From the NCBI GenBank assembly GCA_038247415.1, contig JBBRUX010000021.1, positions 3,207-67,206 of the forward strand: a stretch of DNA of 64,000 nt, given 5' to 3'. The DNA is from Chitinivibrionales bacterium. Its GTDB lineage: Bacteria > Fibrobacterota > Chitinivibrionia > Chitinivibrionales > WJKA01. The position numbers and the translations under genes are program-made. Positions 56,021-64,000 of this stretch are shown here, one piece after another (the stretch's first letter is position 1; the number at the start of each line of letters is the position of its first letter). The notes below the pieces were generated by a model. That model saw only the letters and a program-made list of their open reading frames with translations. It ran no database searches and was not told the origin of the DNA.

Positions 56021-57703
56021 CTACACTTTGAATTGTCTGACAATCTGCGTTAGTTCGGCCGAAAGCGACGCTACATCGATACTACGAGATTTTATTTGCT
56101 CTACCCCGTGTGCTGTATCAAGCGCAGCACTGTTGACACCTTGGATATTTGAGGATATTTCTACAAGGCCTTTAGCCGATTCGCCAACATTGCGCGCAAT
56201 TTCCGAAGAAGCCTGGCTAGCACCGCCAATAGAGCGGGATATTTCGTTTACGGTAGCGCTTTGCTCTTCCACGGCACTTACAATGGTCTGACTGATACGA
56301 TTGATTTCTTCTATTATAGTAGTTATGTCACCAATGGCATTAATAGATGCTGTCGTGTTGGTTTGCATAGCCTCTACCTGTGCTCGAATCTGTTCTGTTG
56401 CCTGAGATGTTTGGCGCGCAAGATCCTTGACCTCACTTGCGACAACCGCAAATCCTTTTCCAGCATCTCCAGCCGATGCCGCTTCGATTGTTGCATTAAG
56501 TGCCAGCAAATTTGTTTGGTCGGCAATATCATTAATTATCTCAACTACTTTACCAATTTCTTTAGACGAAACCCCAAGCCTCTTAACCATTTCGCGCGTT
56601 GACAATGCTGTGGTATTTGCTTTATTGGCAATCATGCTCTCTTTTTGACAATTTTTTGCAACCTCGTTAATCGAGGCACTCATTTCTTCTATAGCCGTTG
56701 CAACCGTTGAAACACTCGCCGACATTTCTTCTGCAGATGCCGAAATGCTTTGTATATTTGCAGTAGATTCTTCTGCACTACTAGCCACGGTCTGACTTTG
56801 CGAAGTCATTTCTTCTGCATTGGCTGCAAGCTGTACGGCCGTAGCAGAAAGCTCCTGGGATGAACTCGTAAGCGTTGCAGTTCCACCTGAAATTTTTTGA
56901 ATAATTTTTTGTAGCTTGTCTACAAAGGAATTAAAATAGCTTCCAAGCTCCCCGACTTCATCTCTGGAATCTACGGGTATTCTTTTTGTTAAATTCCCTT
57001 CTCCCGATGCAATATCTTTTAAAATGAGCGCAGTAGCTGCAATTGGCCGTGCAATAATACGCGAAAGAACACCTGCTACAACAATAATTAAAAGAATGGC
57101 TAGCGATCCAAAAAGAAAGGTTATGATAAGTGCACTTGTTACCGATTTTTGAAGCGTTTTTGAAGCCTCATCAGATTCCTTTTCAATAGACACATGAATG
57201 CCTGCCAGAGGTTCAGAAAGTGCCGATATAAACCCATCGGTTTTTGTATCAAGCGCGCGGATTTCATCGGTTACCCCCTCAGAATTGGCAAGGAGCGCTG
57301 ACATTTCGGTGCGTATAGCAAGAAGCGTTGCAAAGGCGTCTTTCGATTTTTTTAAAAGATCCTTTTCAGTGTCGGTATCAATAATTTTTTCAATAGAATC
57401 AAACATGGCTGAGTTCAGTGCACTATGAGTATCCCACAGCCGATTATTTTCTTCGAACTGACGATTAAGAATTGCATCTGCCATTATCTGGTAGGTTTTA
57501 CTCCCCATTGCAGATGCTTCTAGTAAATATTGAGCATCCTTGCTGCGCTTATCCGCTTGGATGCTTTGCTTGTCAATATCCAAAAACGAAAAAATATTAA
57601 TACCAACAAGAAGAGAAACTATTGCAATAACAACGCTAAATCCAAATATCATTTTGCCAAAAATTTTATATTTTTTCATAAAATCAAACATGGCTTGCCA
57701 CAT
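56021..57703 (-). CDS. methyl-accepting chemotaxis protein (2 TM, helical sensor, HAMP)
   Basis: The protein has TM1, a ~170-aa helical periplasmic region, TM2 and a HAMP domain. The signalling hairpin is [40 protein letters not shown]. Confidence 0.92.
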   Translation of the reverse strand: MWQAMFDFMKKYKIFGKMIFGFSVVIAIVSLLVGINIFSFLDIDKQSIQADKRSKDAQYLLEASAMGSKTYQIMADAILNRQFEENNRLWDTHSALNSAMFDSIEKIIDTDTEKDLLKKSKDAFATLLAIRTEMSALLANSEGVTDEIRALDTKTDGFISALSEPLAGIHVSIEKESDEASKTLQKSVTSALIITFLFGSLAILLIIVVAGVLSRIIARPIAATALILKDIASGEGNLTKRIPVDSRDEVGELGSYFNSFVDKLQKIIQKISGGTATLTSSSQELSATAVQLAANAEEMTSQSQTVASSAEESTANIQSISASAEEMSASVSTVATAIEEMSASINEVAKNCQKESMIANKANTTALSTREMVKRLGVSSKEIGKVVEIINDIADQTNLLALNATIEAASAGDAGKGFAVVASEVKDLARQTSQATEQIRAQVEAMQTNTTASINAIGDITTIIEEINRISQTIVSAVEEQSATVNEISRSIGGASQASSEIARNVGESAKGLVEISSNIQGVNSAALDTAHGVEQIKSRSIDVASLSAELTQIVRQFKV

Positions 57704-57708
57704 CCTTC

Positions 57709-58968
57709 CTATAAGGTAAATCGGGAGGTCAGCTCCTTGAGCTCTGCACTTAAACCGGAGAGATTACTACTTCCAGCACTTGTTTGTGCAGCTGTTGAAG
57801 CAATCTCCTGGATTACTGCAGATTGTTCTTCTACACTTGAGCTTACGGTTAACGTGATATTATTGAGCTTTTCCGAAACAGTAACATTGATATCTGCCAC
57901 AAGACCAGAGAGTGCCATAATGCTTGACAATACACTTTCGGTAATCGAGGAAATCTCACCCGTTGACGCTGCGGTTTGACGCGAGAGTTCTTTTACTTCG
58001 CTTGCGACCACTGCAAACCCTTTGCCGGCATCGCCCGCACTTGCAGCTTCTATGGTGGCATTAAGAGCAAGTAAATTTGTTTGGTCGGCAATGCCATCGA
58101 TGGTTGTTACAATTTTGCGAATTTCCTGGGCCGAATTTTGAAGCACTTCAAATGCTTGTTTCATTTCGGCCAATTTCTTGACAGATTCCTCTGTAATGGA
58201 TCGTTGCTGAGCAAATGCTTTGGAAATTTCTCTAAACGATGAATTAAGTTCTTCTATAGCTGCAGCTATCTGATTTGACGAGGACGAAGCTTCCTCCGAT
58301 GTCGAAGCCAGCACATTGGTGGAAGATGCCAATTTTTCTATAACTGCACGGGTAGAACCGATTGAATCATTCAGTGACTTAGAAACCATTTCCCAAAGTT
58401 GTGCTGCATCTTTAGTATACTTATCAGCAGCATCAGCTTTTAAAGATCCGGTTAAATTACCTTGCGCAAGAAGATGCAAGACACCTTGCAACTTTTCTGA
58501 CTGAGCTCTTTGATACATTGCATCCCGTTGTTTCTCTGAAATATCCTGGACAACTTCTATGTGGCCAACCTTTGTTCCAGTCGTATCTGTTAAGTAGCGT
58601 ACATCAACCTGGAAATCCATATCGATCCCGGGTTGTGTAAACGTTGAGGTCAGTTTGCCTTTTCGTAAGCATTCTATACCACAGCGGTCTGTTTTGCAGA
58701 TATCCGCTCCCCATTCGCAGCAGGCCTTGCCCACAACATCTTTTCTTTTTTTGCCTGTCACACTTTCGGCTGCTGCATTTACAAATGTCCACTTCATGTT
58801 CATATCGGTTACCGAAATCGGGAAGGGAATAGAATCGAGCATTGATTCATACCAGTGATTTCTTTTAGCTGTTTCAATGGCAGCCCGCTTGCATTTTGAT
58901 TGTTGCATATATCCATAAACTACTGCACACAACGATACAACAGAAAGCACTACAATAATCATCATCAT
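57709..58968 (-). CDS. methyl-accepting chemotaxis protein with single TM anchor and Cys-rich PAS-like sensor
   Basis: The N-terminal TM anchor is followed by a PAS-like region containing [19 protein letters not shown]. The signalling hairpin is [40 protein letters not shown]. Confidence 0.92.
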   Translation of the reverse strand: MMMIIVVLSVVSLCAVVYGYMQQSKCKRAAIETAKRNHWYESMLDSIPFPISVTDMNMKWTFVNAAAESVTGKKRKDVVGKACCEWGADICKTDRCGIECLRKGKLTSTFTQPGIDMDFQVDVRYLTDTTGTKVGHIEVVQDISEKQRDAMYQRAQSEKLQGVLHLLAQGNLTGSLKADAADKYTKDAAQLWEMVSKSLNDSIGSTRAVIEKLASSTNVLASTSEEASSSSNQIAAAIEELNSSFREISKAFAQQRSITEESVKKLAEMKQAFEVLQNSAQEIRKIVTTIDGIADQTNLLALNATIEAASAGDAGKGFAVVASEVKELSRQTAASTGEISSITESVLSSIMALSGLVADINVTVSEKLNNITLTVSSSVEEQSAVIQEIASTAAQTSAGSSNLSGLSAELKELTSRFTL

Positions 58969-59013
58969 AACTGTCTCTCCTTTAAAATTTGTATAATGGA
59001 CACATCTGGAGTA

Positions 59014-59077
59014 CCCTTATCGTTTCGACAGGCTCAACGACCGGCAATCCGAATCGGACCCTGAGCATGTCGAAGGG
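59014..59077. repeat. bipartite palindromic GC-rich hairpin element (family copy C)
   Basis: TTCGACAGGCTCA (59024-59036) and TGAGCATGTCGAA (59062-59074) are inverted repeats with one mismatch. They are flanked by CCCTT (59014-59018) and AAGGG (59073-59077). Confidence 0.45.
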
Positions 59078-59141
59078 TTGGTCAAAGGGTGCTAAATAAA
59101 AATTTTGCAATTACCCCTGATCATTTTTACAATCCACAAAA

Positions 59142-59624
59142 CTAAACAGAATCGTGCGAAAGTATTTCGCGCAAACGGAGAACCACGAGTAGCTCTTTTT
59201 CGAGCTTTACAACACCTTGGATATATTTACCATCTACTCCACCGCTATTTGCCGGAGGTGGCTCTATAGCCTCTTCGTCAACTATTACCATGTCGCCGAT
59301 TTTGTCTATTAAAAGGCCTATAATATCGTGTGCTCCGCTCATTTCATCGGTATCGGTAGCTCCACTCTTTTTAGATTCATCGGAAGTTTTAAGAACGATA
59401 CACCGTGATGTAGATAAAACATCTTTAACGGGCAGCCCGATACGAACCGCGCAATCGAGTATGGTAACAATTTGCCCACGCAAATTGAGAAGACCCCTAA
59501 CATAGGGGGGCGCAAGCTCTACCGGTGTAATATCGGTATTCCGATTGATTTCACGAACATATCTTACATCGATCCCATAGAGGCTATCGTCGATATAGAA
59601 TGTTGTAAATTGACTTTGGGCCAT
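59142..59624 (-). CDS. cheW: chemotaxis coupling protein CheW
   Basis: 160 aa. The sequence contains YGIDVRYVREINR, VRGLLNLRGQIVTILD and the remainder of a typical CheW fold. Confidence 0.9.
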   Translation of the reverse strand: MAQSQFTTFYIDDSLYGIDVRYVREINRNTDITPVELAPPYVRGLLNLRGQIVTILDCAVRIGLPVKDVLSTSRCIVLKTSDESKKSGATDTDEMSGAHDIIGLLIDKIGDMVIVDEEAIEPPPANSGGVDGKYIQGVVKLEKELLVVLRLREILSHDSV

Positions 59625-59687
59625 AATCTATTCTCCTTGAAAACACTTCGTATATGCATTTACCAATTGAGTGAACCTGCTTTTTAT

Positions 59688-62558
59688 CTAAAACATCTCT
59701 GGTTCTGCTGCTTTAAATAAACTATCAATATCCACAAGAATAGTCAGTTGCTTATTAATAACAGCCGAGCCGCTCATTCCAACTCCCTTGATATTGCTCG
59801 TATCAATAACCAATTCTGTTTGAACTACGTCGTCTACATTGCCCGCTACTATACCAAGAGGATGCGCTTGATTTTTAGGAATTATTACATACGCCTCAGC
59901 ATCTGATGATGTTGCTCCAGAAACCGGAAGGTATTCTTCGAGCCTAACAAGGCGCATCGATTCGTCCCCGTGATTGATATACTCTTTTGATCCCACGCGT
60001 TGAATTGTTTCTAAAGGCACTTTTTCTACGCGGGCAATAGAAGCAAGCGATAGTGCAAAATGTTCTGCACCACCGTTGGTAAATAACAGCATTTCATGAA
60101 TCTGTTTTGCAGCCTGTTTGGCAAACTTTTCTTTTTCGGCTTCTATTTCTTTTTCGAGCTCATTATATTTAAGCCCTGCCAACCGCGATATTCCGTTAGT
60201 ATCAAGTATCATTGAAACCATGCCATCGCCCATTATAGTTGCCCCAGCATAGCACGAGCACGTTTTCATATAGATCGAGAGTGGTTTGACAACTATTTCC
60301 TCCGAATCGTGAACTTCCTCTACAATCAGCCCATAGCGCTGCTCACCTATGCGTAATACCACCACTTTAACTGCATTTGCAATGGCAACGCGCCTATCTG
60401 GTCCTTGACGGCGTTCATCAGTTTTTGTACCCACATTTGCTGTTGACTTTGGTTGGTCATCATCTAATTCTTTCTTGCGTGCAACGCCTCGTCTATCCGA
60501 CCATCGGCTGCGTTTATCGGGTTTGCGTTCACCCGTAACCGGGTCGACAAAGGTAGGATTCATACCAAGTACATCTTCCAATCGAACTAAAGGCAATAAT
60601 TTGCCCCGCAACCGCAGAACTTCAGCCGTGGCTACCCGTTCTATGCGTGCGGTTATATCGCTTGCTCTTATTCTGACAAGTTCCTCTATGCCAACCTGAG
60701 GAATTGCAAAACGCCGCCCTTTGACACTTATGATAAGTGAACTTATAATTGCAAGCGTAAGCGGCAGCTTCATGATAATGCGCGTACCTTTACCAAAGGT
60801 CGATTCGATTTCTAGCGATCCACCCAAACGTTCGATATTGGTTTTAACAACATCCATTCCAACACCACGGCCCGACACGTCGCTTACCACTTCGGCTGTA
60901 GAAAACCCTGGCTGCACTATAAATTGCTGAATTTCTGTTTCGCTCATCCGCGCACATGCTTCTGCGGTGACCAAGCCTTTTTCGATTGCTTTTTCGCGCA
61001 CGCGTTCCGCATTTATTCCTGCGCCATCATCAAGAATTTCGATGTGTACTTTTCCACCCTCGTGGTATGCCCGCAAAGTAACCTGCCCCACAACTTTTTT
61101 GCCAGCAGCTTTTCGTTTTGCCTGGCTCTCTATCCCATGATCAACCGAATTGCGGATAAGATGCGTTAACGGATCGGAGAGAAGTTCAACAATAGATTTG
61201 TCGAGTTCGACTTCTTGCCCGACAATTGTTAAATTAATTTCTTTGTCAAGCTTTTTTGCTAAATCGCGAATTACGCGCGGGAATTTAGAAAACACTACGG
61301 ATATTGGCTGTAACCGAGTTTGCATAATATCTTCTTGCAACATGCTGGTTACCATATCGATGTCTTGCATAATTGCGCTCACACCGGGTACATCAACAAG
61401 CCTAAATCCGAGCGCTTGTTTATAAGCTTCGCGAATACGAGCAGTTTCTGAAGCAATGGATGCTGCCATGCCCTGTGAATCGCGTCGGGCAACATCCGTT
61501 ACCGCAACAAACGATTGCGCAATTGTTCTATCGAGATCTTTAAACATCCGATCCGATTCAAGCGCTTCGGAAAGCTTTCTGTTTACACTTTGAATAAGTT
61601 GATTGCGCGATAATACTAATTCTCCTGCCAGATTCATTAGATCGTCAAGGAGCTTTACCCGCACGCGTAGCACATCTTCGATTTTTGTTTCGCTTTGCTT
61701 GGTTGCGGCAACTTTTACCGCGGCATCTACGTGTGGTTCTTTGTCTTTAGTTTTTTCTGAGTGTAAGAGCTGACGCTTTAATTCTGAAGTATCGATACTA
61801 ATAATTTTTTCTGCAGACAAACCCAAACCTTGCTCAATAAGATCTGCTTCCAGAACCGTTGCAAGCACAACTAATATTTGGGTAGATGGCAATGCTTGCG
61901 CAAGCTCTTCGAGAGGGGGAATTACATCGAGGATTATGCTTATTTTTTCCCATGCATCAAAAAACGCTGCAGGTTTTTTACCCTTGTCAAGAATATCCGA
62001 TCCTAAGGTTAGTGCTAATTCGTACAATAATTTTCCATTACGAATTGCTTCGATAACTTTTTCTTGAGTAATTGACGGATGAGCAGCGAGCGCATCGCGC
62101 TCTATTGCTGCTTCTATTTTTTCGGGCATTTTTGCAGGCGCTTGTACTTGAACAGGAACAGCTTTTTTGGGTTTTTCTCCCAGAAATGGCGCCAACGCCT
62201 CAACTTCCGCTTTGATCTCGATTGAATCTGAATTCGCCGCATCATCAAGCATAACGCGGAGCTTATCGATACCAGCAAACAAAGCATCTACAATACCTGG
62301 TTCTATACGTATAAGCTTATCACGTACCCGCGACATGACGTTCTCCATAGAATGGCTCAGCGCGGTAATATGATCGAGTCCAAAAAAGCCAAAGCCCCCT
62401 TTGATGCTGTGGACTGCTCTAAACACACGATTGATAAGATCATCGGAAACCGATTGCCCGTTTTTCTCTAGCTCTAAGAGATCGGGTTCAATACCACTGA
62501 GATGTTCCCGTGATTCAATGATAAGTTCATTGAGCATTTCCTGATCATGATCGGCCAT
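59688..62558 (-). CDS. cheA: chemotaxis histidine kinase CheA with two CheW-like domains
   Basis: The Hpt motif is AVHSIKGGFGFFG (His50). An extended dimerisation region is followed by HATPase boxes (HLIRNSVDHGIE, DDGAGI, GRGVGMDVV, GKGT). CheW-like domain 1 is split by a basic insert at aa ~668-727. A second CheW-like domain spans aa ~820-950. Confidence 0.92.
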   Translation of the reverse strand: MADHDQEMLNELIIESREHLSGIEPDLLELEKNGQSVSDDLINRVFRAVHSIKGGFGFFGLDHITALSHSMENVMSRVRDKLIRIEPGIVDALFAGIDKLRVMLDDAANSDSIEIKAEVEALAPFLGEKPKKAVPVQVQAPAKMPEKIEAAIERDALAAHPSITQEKVIEAIRNGKLLYELALTLGSDILDKGKKPAAFFDAWEKISIILDVIPPLEELAQALPSTQILVVLATVLEADLIEQGLGLSAEKIISIDTSELKRQLLHSEKTKDKEPHVDAAVKVAATKQSETKIEDVLRVRVKLLDDLMNLAGELVLSRNQLIQSVNRKLSEALESDRMFKDLDRTIAQSFVAVTDVARRDSQGMAASIASETARIREAYKQALGFRLVDVPGVSAIMQDIDMVTSMLQEDIMQTRLQPISVVFSKFPRVIRDLAKKLDKEINLTIVGQEVELDKSIVELLSDPLTHLIRNSVDHGIESQAKRKAAGKKVVGQVTLRAYHEGGKVHIEILDDGAGINAERVREKAIEKGLVTAEACARMSETEIQQFIVQPGFSTAEVVSDVSGRGVGMDVVKTNIERLGGSLEIESTFGKGTRIIMKLPLTLAIISSLIISVKGRRFAIPQVGIEELVRIRASDITARIERVATAEVLRLRGKLLPLVRLEDVLGMNPTFVDPVTGERKPDKRSRWSDRRGVARKKELDDDQPKSTANVGTKTDERRQGPDRRVAIANAVKVVVLRIGEQRYGLIVEEVHDSEEIVVKPLSIYMKTCSCYAGATIMGDGMVSMILDTNGISRLAGLKYNELEKEIEAEKEKFAKQAAKQIHEMLLFTNGGAEHFALSLASIARVEKVPLETIQRVGSKEYINHGDESMRLVRLEEYLPVSGATSSDAEAYVIIPKNQAHPLGIVAGNVDDVVQTELVIDTSNIKGVGMSGSAVINKQLTILVDIDSLFKAAEPEMF

Positions 62559-62721
62559 ACAATACCACCTTGTAAACTATGAAATGGTCTGATGCAATCT
62601 GTATGAGCACCTGTGTTCGTAATAAATAGATTATTCCGAGCATATTATTCGGTAGATAATAATTGTAAAATTACGGGATGAAGATAACAAGGGGAATTAA
62701 AAAAGGGGCCAGGTGAGATAT

Positions 62722-62960
62722 CTGATTCAAAATCTGGGCGCCGCGGTTGCCACCGTCGGCCCTTCGACGAGCTCAGGGCGGTGCTGAAGGGAAACAGAAG
62801 TGACACCCCTCAGTGCAAAAATACTCAGGCGCTTTGCGCCGCAAGGATTTTTGTACCGGCTCGCGAAGCGACGATGCTTCTGAGTACACCCCTACGGGTG
62901 TTCCGCGGCGGCTCCCGAAGGGGTGAGGCCCGACGGGGAACCCGGAACGCCCAAAATCTT
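62722..62960. repeat. GC-rich hairpin-dense element, copy 2, fused to a CCCTTCGAC..CTCAGGG motif
   Basis: 62824-62960 is colinear with 30824-30975. Upstream lie an 8-bp bulged hairpin GCCGCGGT-TGCC-ACCGtCGGC (62740-62760) and the motif CCCTTCGACGAGCTCAGGG (62760-62778). Confidence 0.5.
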
Positions 62961-62998
62961 ATCTTGCTGAATTGTCAACTAATCTTTTACCTATCTTC

Positions 62999-64000
62999 TT
63001 AACGAGAAACCCCAACAATCACCATCTGCTCGATAGGTTTTGTAACATTTTCAACCGCTCCTGTCAACTGATTCATGGTTGAATAACTAAGGGTCATTTT
63101 TAGAATAAGTCGATATGCACCGGGCGCAGATCGTGTTTTCTTATCGTTAAATCCATTCCAAATCACTCCAAATTGTTGAACCTGACTTGACGTTGCCTGA
63201 CCCCACACGTCTGGTGCCAGATTTTTTCCTCCATCTGAACGGCGGTGAACCAAATTTCCTGCCATGTCGTATACACTAAATGATCCTACAAGGCGAAGCG
63301 ATGCCGGATTAGAAATAAGCGGTATCGAAAGATTTATTATCGTTGCAGAAACACTCGTTTTCTGTGCTGTTTGCAAAAGCTGATCTGCAGATATATAGAT
63401 AAGCTCATTATTACGCGTTGTTGATTGCCCTGGATTATTAGGAGTGTTAGCATTGGGAACCATCGGATTTGGTGCGCTCTTTACATTGGTAACCACACCA
63501 TCAACAAAAACCCGTACCGGCAGATTATTTACATAAGGCACATTGCTCTTTATATCTGGAACTAAGGGGCCGGCATCTGTTTTAAAACTGATGTAATACG
63601 AATCATCGAGATAATTCCCATTGCCCATGACAAACTTGCCCTGGGTAGTGCTGGATGTAGAAAAGTAAAGTTCAACGACCGTTGACCCAGACTTTACCAT
63701 TCCCATAAGCACACTGGTATCTTTTACAAACGCGCTACCACTCTTTTTCCAGGCCTGATAGAAAAGTTTGGGCACGTCTGTTGAGCGGTTACCTACTACG
63801 CGTTCCAAAGGCTCAGAATACGTAATGGTAATAAGATCCTTTGCATGATCTGATGTTTTATCGATCGAATTAACAACACGCCAAATTACGGGGCCAGCAC
63901 TATCTGCACACCGGACAAGTGATGAAGAAACATCCCCATAGCCCGAAATGATTACATCGGGAGTTAGTGCGGTTTGCGGTGTATTTATTACATGATCGTC
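62999..64000 (-). CDS. secreted protein with FlgD-Ig-like / T9SS-type C-terminal domain; 5' end beyond window
   Basis: The track ORF starts at a TTG at 63808. I translated the same frame upstream and it stays open to position 64000 (..DDHVINTPQTALTPDVIISGYGDVSSSLVRCADSAGPVIWRVVNSIDKTSDHAKDLITITYSEPLERVV..). The C-terminus is FSVYDMAGNLVHRR..WNGFNDKKTRSAPGAYRLILKM. Confidence 0.7.
   Translation of the reverse strand, partial: DDHVINTPQTALTPDVIISGYGDVSSSLVRCADSAGPVIWRVVNSIDKTSDHAKDLITITYSEPLERVVGNRSTDVPKLFYQAWKKSGSAFVKDTSVLMGMVKSGSTVVELYFSTSSTTQGKFVMGNGNYLDDSYYISFKTDAGPLVPDIKSNVPYVNNLPVRVFVDGVVTNVKSAPNPMVPNANTPNNPGQSTTRNNELIYISADQLLQTAQKTSVSATIINLSIPLISNPASLRLVGSFSVYDMAGNLVHRRSDGGKNLAPDVWGQATSSQVQQFGVIWNGFNDKKTRSAPGAYRLILKMTLSYSTMNQLTGAVENVTKPIEQMVIVGVSR

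Noticed and set aside
30760-62960. The two element copies as direct-repeat att sites bounding a 32-kb genomic island.
   Set aside because: The interval carries core genes (ybeY, corC-type, sprA, kamA, chemotaxis) and no integrase or mobility genes. The repeats are only partly identical and differ by compensatory changes, which is unlike recombination-generated att sites.
62781-63002. 73-aa ORF across element copy 2.
   Set aside because: Same reasoning as for copy 1. It also runs into the 3' end of the convergent gene.

Overview
AT-biased, densely coding bacterial chromosomal segment with about 50 protein genes. I saw no rRNA, tRNA, CRISPR array, transposase, integrase or phage genes. All family calls come from reading motifs by eye; no database search was run.

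Gene content suggests a Fibrobacterota / FCB-group organism with a type IX secretion system (T9SS). Supporting genes are the giant sprA translocon, seven or eight secreted proteins ending in Por/T9SS-type C-terminal sorting domains, and a TIGR02147-type HTH protein.

Blocks:
- 1-13.8 kb: pabB(-pabC) fusion, a STAS protein, a large cytoplasmic glycoside-hydrolase (GH)-like protein, a CgeB-like glycosyltransferase (GT), an ABC-2 transporter, ybgF/cpoB, a GT2 and a GH65 phosphorylase.
- 13.9-27.8 kb: cellulose/hemicellulose degradation locus. It holds two GH9 genes, one GH5, an Fn3-SGNH esterase, propeller-like and PKD-like secreted proteins, an unusual regulator with two GntR HTH domains plus a LacI-type sensor, and a decayed paralog of that regulator.
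- 28.2-33.8 kb: TIGR02147 HTH protein coupled to a DUF2341/LamG lipoprotein, a flavodoxin-like protein and a GT2-CE4 fusion.
- 33.9-37.7 kb: overlapping kamA, two Ddl-like ATP-grasp genes and a GNAT gene.
- 37.7-50.9 kb: internally duplicated alpha/beta hydrolase, ybeY, a CorC-type protein, a rhodanese, sprA preceded by an FGE/GldK-fold protein, and a HAD hydrolase.
- 51-62.6 kb: sensory genes, namely a GAF histidine kinase (HK), a response regulator (RR), a multi-PAS hybrid HK, two methyl-accepting chemotaxis protein (MCP) genes, cheW and cheA.

The signal I cannot explain with known families is a set of GC-rich, hairpin-dense intergenic elements. There is a two-copy ~150-215 nt family at 30.8 kb and 62.8 kb with compensatory stem substitutions. 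There is also a bipartite CCCTTCGA..CTCAGGG palindrome family at 52.8, 59.0 and 62.8 kb. The kamA / ATP-grasp x2 / GNAT cassette is the best candidate for an uncharacterised enzymatic pathway.
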